Assembly: GCF_006345805.1 (NCBI RefSeq)
Contig: NC_043017.1
Location: 7,502,001-7,566,000, forward strand
Source: Octopus sinensis
Taxonomy: Eukaryota
DNA length: 64,000 nt
Direction of reading: 5' to 3'
Part shown: in pieces, positions 25,436 to 38,197 of the stretch
How the letters are laid out: every line of letters begins with the position of its first letter
Numbering within the stretch: position 1 is the stretch's first letter
The notes under the pieces: generated by a model
What the model was told of the DNA's origin: nothing
Databases searched by the model: none
What the model saw: the letters and a program-made list of their open reading frames with translations, nothing else
Translations under genes and position numbers: made by a program

Positions 25436-27380
25436 TGCTTATACTTATACCAAACTGTCAGGGTATAGGGATGTAAACAATCTAAGAGATGCAGTTTGTG
25501 TACGACAGAGTTTCAGGGTGCCGTATACATGGCTGGTAGATGAAGGAGCGAGAAGGAAACACGGAACTGGGGAGAGAGAAGTTGGAAAGAACCAGTAACT
25601 GGAACTAGACAAAATGGGGATAGGAGGAGGAGGAGGGGGAGGAAACAAAAGGTAAAGGAAGGAGGCAGACACTGCACACCCAGAAGTTTAATTAAAATAT
25701 TTAAGTAAAAAGCATTCATAAATTAATCGGAGTGTAGGTAATGATGGGGGGGGGGCTAGAGAGAGAGAATGAATTGAAGTGAAAGTAGAACGAAAATAGA
25801 AATGAAGAGGAGAAGGGAGGTGGGGAGAGCCAAAACATTAAGCAAAAGAGAAATGGAGGTCGAATGAAGGAGGCAAGGGGTTTGTTTCAATTCTTGATTT
25901 TTATCATTTAGTAATGGCTGGCTGTATTTTACTACTAATCAGCTAATAGTCATTCACTCTTAACCTTGGTATTTCATAGTAAAGCATACTAATTCAACTA
26001 CTTGACTGGCAACAAGATTACTTAATGAAATCGGTTCAAGCCTACACACTCGTCCATCCACCCAGTCACTGAATTGGTCATCAGTGGTATGGTTTGGTAG
26101 GATGGACAGTCATGTGATGTGTAAAGTAATTATTGTAGATTGTTTTACAGAATTCTAAATATTGGTCAAGCACATGATGGACAGCTTTTACTATAACAAT
26201 TACGAAAGGTAGAAGTGTGGTGGTTCTTAAGAGAGGGTTGTGGTTTTTCTTAGAAATAAAATACTTAAACTAGTTACAATATATTTTAACTACATTTTTG
26301 AACACAAAAAAGCAATCTTTTCTAGGGTTAAAATATAAGTTGGATATTGTTATCGGTGAGTAGAAGCATGACTGTTGGTGTGACATCATCCAATATCTGT
26401 CTGTCCTGCCATTTTTGCCACTCACTATTCCTGGGTGGATTATTGGAGTAGAGTCCTCAGGCACCTTCACCATAGGGCCCTTATCAAAGGCAACCATCAT
26501 AACATTTTTATGCTGAATTCCCAAATCCAACCAACTGAGACTATAGTTATTATCCAACCATCTTACTCTTGGTCTTTTCCTTGGTTCAAGGAATCTGTCC
26601 TACAGCATTCTAACCCCTTGCCTGTAATACGAGAGCTTTGACCTCCCAATATGGAGAAGAAGCAGCTTGACCTGGAGAGGCTCCCTACACTCCAAACTAA
26701 GCTCTCTGTTGGGTGACATTACTCCAGTGGTCCCTTGGCAGAACTTCATTTCAGCCACATGTACTTGCAATTGTACTCTTTTGCTCATTACCCAACATTC
26801 TTGACCAAAAACTGTTGGACTCTACCAATACATTTGTTACGCACTACAGACTGAAACATGTACACACATATAAACACATGCACTTGCAAACACATTCATA
26901 CGCACACACACACACACACAAAGACTTGCATATACACACATGCACAAACACATGTACATACATACATGCAAGTGCATGCACACACACACAGACACTTAAC
27001 AAACACATGTATATGCATATAAGCACACATATCAAAAACTCACACATATACACACACATTCACAAACGCACACATTCACACGTATGCACACACACACACA
27101 CTACATTCCTGAGAATCCTGTCTATTTTCACTACATCATAATACTGTATCCATGTGGATCACACTGGAGTTGGTTTCTCCCTTTACACTTACCCGGTCGG
27201 CATGACATGCGAAATCTCTGTCAGAGATGCGATGACGAGAGCTATGACACAAATCCCAATAAATTCAATAATGACATAAGGGAGGTGAAATAATTTTAGC
27301 TAAGTATCATATTTTATGGCAAAAAAATGTCTCAGAAGATCGCCCCACATTCTATATTGGAAATCAATCCTCCCATTTGG

Positions 27381-27425
<45 letters not shown>

Positions 27426-27710
27426 GAGTGAGAGAGCAGTGCATGCCATCAAAGTGACACTGAGGTAAAATATATGAAGCCCAATATACCCATCATGACT
27501 ACCCGTCTGATAAGGGTACACCAGGCACATGCATCACAACCATATGTGCGCGACATGGTGATCGCATATCAAGATAAACAGCGCATGACCTTGCAGGTGG
27601 GGCCCAGTTAGAATTTTCTTCAGGTTGAGTAGCCCATCCTGCTCAAAAGGTCCCTGAATAAGGGTTGTTTGAGGATGTTGAAAGAACCACCCATGTTTCC
27701 AGAGGTGAAT
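27426..27710. mobile_element. ~285-bp CpG-retaining interspersed repeat inserted in a (TTA)n microsatellite
   Basis: Complex sequence flanked on both sides by (TTA)n (27381-27425 and 27708-27736). It resembles a microsatellite-targeting octopus repeat; not named. Confidence 0.5.
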
Positions 27711-27814
27711 TATTATTATTATTATTATTATTATTTGCAGTCAGTTGTCGAGACTATGATTATTCATGGCTTTACCATGACATCATAAGCTTTCTCCCTG
27801 GTGGTCGATTTTTT

Positions 27815-28146
27815 CACCTGAGTTTTCCGTTTGGGTTCAGTCCCACTATGTGACACCTTGATTTAATGTCTTCCATTATAGCTCCAGGCTGATGAATATC
27901 TTGTGAGTAAATTTGGTAGAAGGAAACTGGGTGGAATTCCATTATATGTGTGTATGTGTGTGTGTTTGTCTTCCACCAACGTTTGACAACTGGTATTGGT
28001 TTGTTTATGTCCCTATAGCTTAGCAGTTTGGTGAAAGAGACCAGTAGAAAAATAAGTACTGGGGATTTGATTTGTTCGACTTAAAACCCCTTCAAAGAGT
28101 TGCTCCAGCATGGTTAAGTCCAATGACTGAAGCAAGTGAAAGATAA
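27815..28146 (+). mobile_element. SINE family A copy (diverged)
   Basis: Homology to 40371-40790. Confidence 0.7.
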
Positions 28147-28760
28147 AAAGAAAAATTTTTTAATGAATTGGTGGTGGTGGTGGTGGTGGTGGTGGTGAGG
28201 GATATGGGTGTGAGGAGGAGGAGGAGGAGGAAAGTAGAAATCAAAATGGGAAAAAGAAAGAAAGGAAGACCTACAATAATAACAACAAATTAAAAAGAAT
28301 AGCAGGAAGAGGGAGAAGAGGAGGAGGAGGAGGAGGAGGAGGAAAGAAAATGGGAATGAAAAGAGAAGAAGAAGGAAGGAAAGTGACGCTTGATTGAATG
28401 AAGTATGTGTGTATGTGTCTGTGTTGGCATATATATATATATACATAGATGTGTGTGTGTGTGTTGACGTGCATATGGATGTATATGTGTAGGTTGGCAT
28501 GTATATGGTTGGAGGGTGTATATCGGTGTGGGTGTATGTTGGTATGTGGGTGTGTGTGTGTGTATATATGCATGTTGGCATGTATATATAGATGTATGTG
28601 TGTGTGATTTGTCATATGTATATATGTATATGTATATATATATATACATATATATATATATGGATGTATATGTGTGCATGTTGATGTGTACATGTGTGTG
28701 TGTATATATATATGCATGTTGGCATGTATATACAGATGTATGTGTGTGTGATTTGTCATG

Positions 28761-28810
<50 letters not shown>

Positions 28811-29399
28811 TGTTGATGTGTGTGTGTGTGCATGTTGATGTGTACATGTGTGTGTGTATGCTCGTTAGTGTGGTGTTATGTACTTACGGAGGTGCTTGTG
28901 TATTTGTGTGTATGTATGCATGTGTGAACGTGTATTTGTGTGTGTGTGTCTAAGTATAAGCATGTGTCAGTTCGTACATTTGTGTGTAATATGTATGTAT
29001 GTATGTGGGTGTGTATACAGGTATGTATGGGTGTGTGTGTGTGTATAAGAGTTAATGCCTGAAGTGGAGAGTAAGTGAGTGAGGGTGTGAGTGAGCAAGT
29101 GGGTGAGGGTAATTACTGAAGCAGACAATTGTATAAAGGTTAACAGGAAATAACCAGAACATTCCAGATATTGCTTTAATTAATCACCACCACTACCACT
29201 ACCATAATTACATACACACACACACACACACACAGATACACATGCTCATGCACACACACTCATACACTGATACCACATCCATCATCTCATACATACACAC
29301 ACCATCGTTGGTACCATCACTGCAATCATTATACAGACACACACATTCATTATTGTCACACATGTACATACGCACCATCAAACTCCCACACACACTATC

Positions 29400-29975
29400 A
29401 CCACACATGCACTATTATCCTCTACCACACATACCATCATACACACACCATCACACACCATCACACATGCACCTTCATACACACCATCAAACACGCATTA
29501 TCAGACATAGACACCATCATACATACATGCACACACACCATCACACACATACCATCATACACACACACACACACACACACCATCACACGCACACCATCAC
29601 ACGCTCACCATCACACGCACACCATCACACGCACACCATCACACACACACCATCACACACACACCATCACACACACACCATCACACACACACCATCAAAC
29701 ACACTATCACATACACACACCATCACATACACACACCATCAAACATACACTATCACATACACACACCATCATACACACACACACCATCATACACACACAC
29801 ACCATCATACACACACACACACCATCACACACACACCATCACACACACACCATCATACACACACCATCATACACACACCATCACATACACACACCATCAC
29901 ACACACACCATCACACACACTCACACCATCACACACACACACACCATCACATACATACACATACCATCACACTGG
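29400..29975. repeat. (ACAC)nCATC minisatellite
   Basis: Repeated acacaccatcac units. They give the spurious His/Thr ORF 29242-29985. Confidence 0.85.
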
Positions 29976-30964
29976 TCATGCTTAGAACACCTTCCATCCT
30001 AGACCTGCTGCATCAGGACTGACCCGGGGCTACGTCTTCTTCCTCTAACATCACTAGGATGTCATTAATCCACAACCCTAAGAAAGCAAATTTCATACAC
30101 TCAGCACCAGTCAGGCCTTTCTCAGCATTGGTTCCTGTTCAGAGTGGTACCAACCACTTCACTACGTCTAAAATCACAACTAGTAGAGCTGTTAGCATGT
30201 TGGATAGAATTACTTTACTCTTTTACTTGTTTCAGTCATTTGACTGTGGCCATGCTGGAGCACCACCTTTAGTCAAGTGAATAAAATCATAATTAACTGA
30301 TCCTCTTGTATTTTCTTTTGCCCAAAGCCTGGAGTTTTTTAGCATTCCCTCTTGGAGCATTGGATTGGCAAGCTTGCTGTGTCTGTTTTGGCCTTGTGCA
30401 TTCTAGGTTTGGAATCCCATCCTGTCCCATCACCAAAAAAATGGTCACACTTCTCTCAGGAATTATGACCTACAGAGATTATCAGCAATTTTCTCGGTTT
30501 GATCAAGGGATTGATTGCTCCAGATTTTTATTGATTTGTGAAAGATTTGTCTATTATGAAGTTGCTCCAATGTGATAATGCTCTTTTAGTTTTATTTTTT
30601 TTTTTTTTTGATGATTCAAGAGTGGCTAGTAGTTATAAAACAACAGCTTCATCATCATCATCATTCATTACCAATTATATACAACACTTACTATACCATG
30701 AAACCACCATCAGCACCTCTGCTCTATTCCATCACCTGATATTACCATACTAGTGTGCCTATGTCATCAAAATTAACCAAATGTTTCTTGTTTCTATAAT
30801 AATTACTACAAATTCACACGCACACACTCACACACGTGCTTACTATTTTACATGATTTTCAAAAGTGGAAAAAATTGTCAAAATAATGTTCACTTTAAAA
30901 TGTTTGTGTGTATATGTATGTATATATGTGCATGTCTGTGTATATATATGTATATATATATATG

Positions 30965-31007
<43 letters not shown>

Positions 31008-32134
31008 GTATGTAAATATGGAAACGTCATCATCATTGTTTAACATCCGCTTTCCATGCTAGCATGGGTTGGACGATTTGACTGAGGACTGGCGAACCAG
31101 ATGGCTGCACCAGGCTCCAATCTGATCTGGCAGAGTTTCTACGGCTGGATGCCCTTCCGTAGAAACTCTGTAAATGTGTATGTGCTTATGTGTATATATG
31201 TGTATGTTTGCACATATATATGTATATGCATGTATGTGTGTGTGTATTTCTGTGTCTGTGTGTAGACATAAAATGCAGGATAACTCAAGTTTTCCTGTTT
31301 GAACAAAAAACCATCGAAATTATTCTACAGCTGTATCTCCTGTCAACAAATACACAGATGTCAATGACACTTTGTTATTCCTTGTTCCCCCACTTACTCC
31401 AACCCCCTCTCATTTTAACCCCTGCTCACTCTCTCCCCCACCCCAATTTACTACTCCAGGCAAGCATGACAGTAAAAACCTCGTCTTGCCACTCACATTC
31501 ATTTTACTTCTCCAGCTGTTTCTCACTCACTCTCTATTTCTCCATTAACATCTTCCTACTTCTTTAACTTGACTGCAAGCGAATGCTCTAAGCTAACTTC
31601 TCTGTGGACTTCATGTTTTACCTTTCCTATCATTAATCAAACAGCAACTATAGGTGTTTGGTTACGTTTTTGGCTTCACCACAGAATTTTAGGTTTGATC
31701 ACATCATGCAGTACCTTAGGCAAGTGTCTTCTGCTTTGCATGTGAGTGTATGTGATCATCATGTTTGCATCTTCCCCGGCTTGCATAAGTTGAACGGATC
31801 TTCTGCAGCACAGCAGGAAACATCATATTCAACCTCAAAACATCTTTCCTTCTAGGTCTGAACGAAGATTTTTTTTTTCTTTCTTCCTTCCCTCTTAACT
31901 TTCTCTCAACTCCACCTATTTTCTGTATAGCTTTTTTTTTATCCTAAATATCATTATATAAATGTTTTAACCTTTTCCTTTTCAAATTCAATTTTGACAA
32001 TTTATGATTTCAGTTTTCATTTTTATTTTAATTTCTATATTAATTATTCTGTGCTTGTGCATGCAAATGAGAACATGACAGCTGGTATTTCAGATTCCAT
32101 TATACACACGTATAATGTGAACCTCACACACACA

Positions 32135-32165
<31 letters not shown>

Positions 32166-32181
32166 TACACACACACACACA

Positions 32182-32254
<73 letters not shown>

Positions 32255-32870
32255 CATATCAGTGCCTCTAGCATCCATATATGTGTTTATGTGTGTACCA
32301 ATATGTGTGTGAATACTATTGCTGACAAGCCTCTTGTGATTAAGCAAAATGAACTGCAAACAAAAAAATACCTGCTCTCTTTCATCAACTGACCCTTCTT
32401 TCTAATTCTAATCTTATCTCCCTTACTCTTTCCACCTCATCCTCTCCCAGATTCTTTCTCTTTCCCTCCCTCTTTCTCTCTCTCTCTCTCTCTCAGTTTC
32501 ACTCTCTCACTTTCTATTTCCCTCTCTTTATTTGTCCCACTCTTCCTCTATCTCTCTCCGCCCTCTCTCACTTTCACTTTCTCTCTCTACCACCACTTAC
32601 CACCCTACTCACTCCCATTCACACACACACACACACCTAATTTACCTTCCTTGTCACACACATACTAATTCTCTGTCGTTTGCTTTCATTTTCTCCCCCC
32701 CCCCCCATAGACTGTGGATAAAATAACACCCAACCCACTTTTCTGCAAAGACACCAGAAACACTTCTCCTAAAGAAACTTCTTTTACAATTCACTAATAA
32801 ATATCATTTTCGTTGGCAGAGGCCATAACTAGTTTTCCTGGGTTCTGGACATCTTTACACATACACACAT

Positions 32871-32905
<35 letters not shown>

Positions 32906-33411
32906 TCATACATACATACATACATGTATATATAGGTACATGTATATTCTACAGGTGAGTGTGCTGTGTACACATGTATGTATGTGTATATGGATATGTG
33001 TATATCTATATCTATACATTTGAGCATTGGGCCTCAGGGGATCAATGACAAATGACAGAGACCTTTGGCAATATGCCATGCATGAGTAGAAGACCCATGA
33101 AGCCAAGTGAAATTATAGTTGTGGCAAATGAATGGTGTCAGGCAATTGGCACCTGTGCCAGTGGCACATAAAAGCACCCATTACAGTCTCAGAATGGTTG
33201 GCATTATGAAAAGGGCATCCGGCTATAGAAACCATGCCAGATCAGACTGGAGTTAGGTGCAGCTCTTCAGCTTGTCAGCCTTGGTCAAACTGTCCAACCC
33301 ATGCCAGCATGGACAACAGACTTTGAATGATGATGATATATATAAGCATAACAGTGAGTGTCCTCACCCTCCTTTTTTTTTTTTTTTTTTCTGCATTCAG
33401 ATCCTTTAAGG

Positions 33412-33622
33412 CAGGGTTTTCCAACAAGAGGTGCTTCTCACCCCTTGAGGGGGCAAGATAGTGTTCCAGGGGCTGCAAGCAGGGCCGGATTTATTGGAGG
33501 TCAAAGAGGGAAATTTTCCTGGGCACCTTTATTCTTATAGAAATTATTACTTTAAGGGGTGCGAGAACATATTGAAAGTTTTTAGGGGTGCAGGGCATGA
33601 AAAAAAGGGTTGGGAATGGCTG
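33412..33622. mobile_element. hAT-type MITE with 8-bp TSD
   Basis: TIRs CAGGGTTTTCCAAC and GTTGGGAATGGCTG, flanked by identical CTTTAAGG (33404-33411 and 33623-33630). An internal CAGGGCCGGATTT at about 33480 resembles another hAT end. Confidence 0.85.
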
Positions 33623-34290
33623 CTTTAAGGATCAGTTGGGTCAACTGATCAAGTTCACAAACTCAAAGAAGATTTCTTTACCTCAATCAAGTGAACTGAA
33701 AGAAGTGAGTTGCTTTGTACTCATGACTCCTTGTCAACCAAACTATGACTAAATACACGGGTGGGTGTAGGGGGTGGGGGGTAAGGCCGTGGTGTATGAA
33801 CAAGGAAAAAGTTTGGAAGGATACCTGGGGTTGGACAAGACAAAAGTGACAGGTAATTTAGTTTGTCAAGTCACAGGTAGCATCTTGACTATAAGGATTG
33901 TGTTTTGGGTGGGTGGGTGGAAGGAGGGTGGATTTGAGTGTGTGTGTGTGTGTGTGGAGGTAATGATTGAATGTTAATGAGTGTCTGTTGTTTATTGGTA
34001 ACTGAATAGGTTATCTCTATCTCTGCCCCTCCCTTTCATTCTCTCTCTCTCTTTCTGTCCATCTTCCTCCTCTATAGGTGTGTGAGTGAGTTTGAATGTT
34101 TATAAATGTATAAATGCACATATGTGTGTGTATGTGTGCATGTGTGACATGCATTCACTAAGTTATATGTATATACATATGCCTGTGTGCATGTATGTTT
34201 ATATTTGTGTGTATGTATCTATATGTGTATACATATATAGGGTAATTACTGTACTCTATATCTGTACTCTATATATGCATGTATGTTTGC

Positions 34291-34321
<31 letters not shown>

Positions 34322-34677
34322 TGCACACACACACACATGGGTATGTCTGTCTTAATGTGTGTCAGTATGTATGTATGTACACACACACACATGCATATAT
34401 ATATAAACACACACACATATACATACATACATATATGTGTGTGTAGGTATACTTTTTACTAACAAATACATTAGCTTCTTGTTTGTGTGTGTGTGTGTGT
34501 GTGTACGTGTGTCATGTCAGTCAATAATCTACTTTGAAAGGAAAACCCCCAAAAGTTCAAAAACGACTTGTTTCCCCCCACCCTCACCCTACCGTAGCAA
34601 TTTACTTAGTTTCCCCTCCTCCAACGCCCCTCCCCCCAACGCCACCACCACCTCCACCACCACCCCACTTTTTGCAG

Positions 34678-34922
34678 AGTTTCACAGTTTCACAGAAGTT
34701 GAATAGTGGAAACAAAAATTATGGCAGTTTTACTGTCCGGCCTTTATTCGTTTACAGAGATTCACTTCTTATGAAGTTCGTTTGTGTGTGTGTGTGTGCG
34801 TACATGTATGTGTATACCCCTGTATCGACCAGACTGTTTGATGTTGTTAAACATTGCTTGCCACAATGTGCTTCTTTGCGTGCATTGTTGTTGCTTTTAA
34901 GTGATAACACCCGGCTGGATAG
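34678..34922 (+). other. Candidate 5' UTR exon of the Kir gene
   Basis: Unique sequence ending in GATAG|GTGAGC (donor at 34923). Possible acceptors tttgcag (34677) and tandem tttcacag (34687, 34695). A C-rich tract lies upstream. Confidence 0.45.
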
Positions 34923-35220
34923 GTGAGCGAGTGTGCGTGTGTGTACATGCGTGCGTACGTGCAAGTACACGTTTGGGTGTACAAACTGGAGAAAGAATTA
35001 GTGAATAGTTGTAATGGAGTTTAAATATTCTTTCAAAACTTGACAATTCGCTTTGTTACATTTCCAAAATTCATTCTGATTTGTCACCCGAAGAAAAAAG
35101 GGCACACAGGTGTGAAAAACTTGGACTATTAAATGGATTAATCACCAAATTTGAATTAACATGTATGCACACACACACACACACATTTTAAGTACTATTT
35201 TTCCTCTTTGTGTTACCATG

Positions 35221-35277
<57 letters not shown>

Positions 35278-35323
35278 ATGTATGTATTACAAAGGATATA
35301 TATACAATTAATAATTATTTATG

Positions 35324-35482
35324 AATGGCTGTGTGGTAAGTAGCTTGCTTACCAACCAACCACATGGTTTCAGGTTCAGTCCCACTGCATGGCACCTTGG
35401 GCAAGTGTCTTCTACTATAGCCTCGGGCCGACCAAAGCCTTGTGAGTGGATTTGGTAGACGGAAACTGAAAGAAGCCCATTG

Positions 35483-35514
<32 letters not shown>

Positions 35515-35720
35515 CGTGTTTGTGTGTCTGTGTTTGTCCCCCTAGCATTGCTTGACAACCGATGCTGGTGTGTTTACGTCCCCGTCACTTAGCGGTTCGG
35601 CAAAAGAGACTGATAGAATAAGTACTGGGCTTACAAAGAATAAGTCCCGGGGTCGATTTGCTCGACTAAAGGCGGTGCCCCAGCAATGCCGCAGTCAAAT
35701 GCCTGAAACAAGTAAAAGAG
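35324..35720 (+). mobile_element. SINE family A copy
   Basis: Collinear and highly similar to 40371-40790. Confidence 0.85.
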
Positions 35721-36675
35721 ATATGAATGCCCAAACATGTAATAACATATTGAGTGATAATAGTGGCTTTATAATAGTTTTTGACTGCTATTTCTAAACA
35801 TGTAAGGGTTTTTGCAACCCTCTCCATTATAATTGTTAGTTATTCATAATTATCAACACTCTTCTATTATATATATTATATGTACAAAACTTTTCTCCGT
35901 GTATTTGAAATTCTGTATCTGGTCCTTATCTCACAAAATAACCAAGAAGAGAAATAAAAAGTATTTTACATTTGAGATGAAAAAAAAACCTTATGAAATC
36001 TTTTAAATGCTGATTTATTCAGAGAATTCTATTTTTAACTGAACGTTTCAATGTCATAATAAATATTCATCCTACCTCAACTGTTTTATTATTTTATGGC
36101 TTAATAGATTTCAGATGGTGTATCAATATCTTTAGTACTTAACACCCTGATCCGTGTTGTGTATATGTTTTAAATTCATTAGAAACACTGACCCACGCAA
36201 GCCAAACATGTACAGCTATCTAGACTGACAAAATGTCCTCTCCTTCAATCTCATGTATATTTGATGTGGTGAATGTTACAGTGAAAGGCATTTGCGATTG
36301 TTCTAGATTGTTCTGGTCCTACAGCAGCAAGCAAGCAATCAATCAAGCTGCTAACACAAGGAATTACCAGCTATCTATTATGGATAAGTATTTGAAAGCT
36401 AAAGTGTGTTACCTCTGCAATTGACCTGCCACACCGGTTAAGTTCTTATTCCTGAAACATTAGTTTGTCTTGTACGTTTGGCTTTGTAATAAATGCTTGT
36501 GTGGGAGGAGAGAATGTGATGGAGGGAAGAAGGTCTGTTGGTGTACATATTATATGTGGTTGATGTATGTTAGCGCTGGTGTGAATGTTGATCTGTAGTT
36601 TTGTCATTGACAATGCGATTATTGCTTACACATTGTCAACAGCAATTTACATCTTGGTTTTATTCATTGTTTCAG

Positions 36676-36729
36676 ATGACAATGATGATGATGATGATGA
36701 CTGGAGCTGCGGATAAGGAGGCAAGCTAA
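36676..36729 (+). promoter_or_regulatory. Upstream ORF MTMMMMMMTGAADKEAS* in the Kir 5' UTR
   Basis: ATG ACA (ATG)6 ACT...AGC TAA. It is out of frame with the main ORF and ends 55 nt before the main ATG. Confidence 0.55.
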
Positions 36730-36784
36730 ACGCAAATCACTGGCTTATTGTCATCTGTGTCAGAGCCTATCTTTTTGAAGACTC

Positions 36785-38197
36785 ATGCAGGCTATGGTCA
36801 TGGAGACTGGGTATAGTCCAATACCAGGACATGGCTTGTCTCCACAAGTCGAACCGGACATCCTGACTTCTTCTGGGAAACTCGATCGGCGCACTTCAGA
36901 AGACTCATTTGCAGAGTATGCATCGCGAAACCAACAGCGTCAGCCTAACGGACCTATCGTCCATCGGAGAGCCGAACGGCACTTTTCAAAGAAACTGAGG
37001 CGACGCCTGATTTATAAAAATGGTGAAGTAAACATTACTCAGACAAACATACGCAAAAGACGGCGGCGGTATCTTGCGGATATCTTCACAACCCTTGTTG
37101 ACATTAAGTGGCGTTATAATTTAATGATTTTTGCCATGGCGTTTATTTGTAGTTGGTTGATATTTGCCTTAATTTGGTGGTTGATTTGTTTTTCACACGG
37201 GGATTTGGATCATCTTGATGACAAGAACTGGAAGCGCTGTGTTGTAGAAATACGCTCATTTACATCTGCTTTACTATTTTCCATTGAAACACAGCACACA
37301 ATTGGTTACGGATCAAGACACACAACAGAGGAATGTCCCGAAGCAGTTGTAGTCATGATGATCCAATCGTGTTTTGGTGTTATTTGCCAGGCCCTTATGA
37401 CTGGTATTGTGTTTGCTAAACTTTCTCGTCCAAAAAAGCGAGCTGAAACGTTAATGTTCAGTAAAAACGCTTGCATTTGCAAGCAAGATGGAGATATGTG
37501 TTTATTGTTTAGAGTAGGAGACATGCGTAAGTCTCATATTGTTGAAGCTCATGTACGCGGTGTTTTAATTAGACGAAAGACCACAAAAGAGGGAGAAATT
37601 CTCCCTCTTTTTCAATTTGATGTTAATCTTGGTTATGAAGATGGTCGTGATAGATTATTTCTAGTGTGGCCTGTGATTATAGTTCACAAAATTGAAGACG
37701 ATAGTCCATTTTGGGAAATATCTGCTGAAGATCTTCATCGAGAACAGTTTGAATTTGTAGTCATTTTAGAAGGTATCGTAGAATCGACAGGTATGACAAC
37801 TCAAGCGAGGAGCTCTTATTTACCCGGAGAAATCCTGTGGGGTCATCGATTCGAACGCCTTATCACTTTCCAAAAAGAAAATGGACAATATCAAATAGAT
37901 TTTTCTCGTTTTCATAACACCGTTAAAGTTGAAACGCCGCTTTGCAGTGCAAAAGAACTTGCAGAGTTGGATAATGCAATGCAGGAAACAGCCTCAATTG
38001 ATGAGGATGAAAATACCTCTCTGCTGTCAAAAGCTGAAAAATACCCAAGCCCTTATATTGTTAAAAGGCATGGCGCCGTTCAGACAGACTTTCCTGACGA
38101 TGACCAGGAGTCTTTTTCTAATCGAGATTCCATACGTAGTAGACAAAACTTATCTTCAGATAATGATGGCAAAGAAGAATCAGAGACTCTACTTTGA
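36785..38197 (+). CDS. KCNJ: Inward-rectifier potassium channel (Kir2/GIRK/Irk-like), 470 aa, single coding exon
   Basis: Pore signature SIETQHTIGYG (TIGYG = residues 172-176), conserved extracellular Cys pair (KRCVV, EECPE), slide helix DIFTTLVDIKWR, TM1 and TM2, PIP2 motif RPKKR, and cytoplasmic motifs SHIVEAHVR, FLVWP, VILEGIVE, SSYL, WGHRF. An in-frame TGA lies upstream at 36776-36778. The orthologue cannot be assigned without a phylogeny. Confidence 0.98.
   Translation: MQAMVMETGYSPIPGHGLSPQVEPDILTSSGKLDRRTSEDSFAEYASRNQQRQPNGPIVHRRAERHFSKKLRRRLIYKNGEVNITQTNIRKRRRRYLADIFTTLVDIKWRYNLMIFAMAFICSWLIFALIWWLICFSHGDLDHLDDKNWKRCVVEIRSFTSALLFSIETQHTIGYGSRHTTEECPEAVVVMMIQSCFGVICQALMTGIVFAKLSRPKKRAETLMFSKNACICKQDGDMCLLFRVGDMRKSHIVEAHVRGVLIRRKTTKEGEILPLFQFDVNLGYEDGRDRLFLVWPVIIVHKIEDDSPFWEISAEDLHREQFEFVVILEGIVESTGMTTQARSSYLPGEILWGHRFERLITFQKENGQYQIDFSRFHNTVKVETPLCSAKELAELDNAMQETASIDEDENTSLLSKAEKYPSPYIVKRHGAVQTDFPDDDQESFSNRDSIRSRQNLSSDNDGKEESETLL

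Noticed and set aside
26400-26820. GC-richer, coding-like stretch (similar at 15380-15620, 16680-16920 and 56640-57130)
   Set aside because: Probably very old TE debris. I could not recognise any diagnostic motif, so no call was made.
29242-29985. 247-aa His/Thr-rich ORF
   Set aside because: Entirely explained by a CACCAT/CA minisatellite that cannot contain stops.
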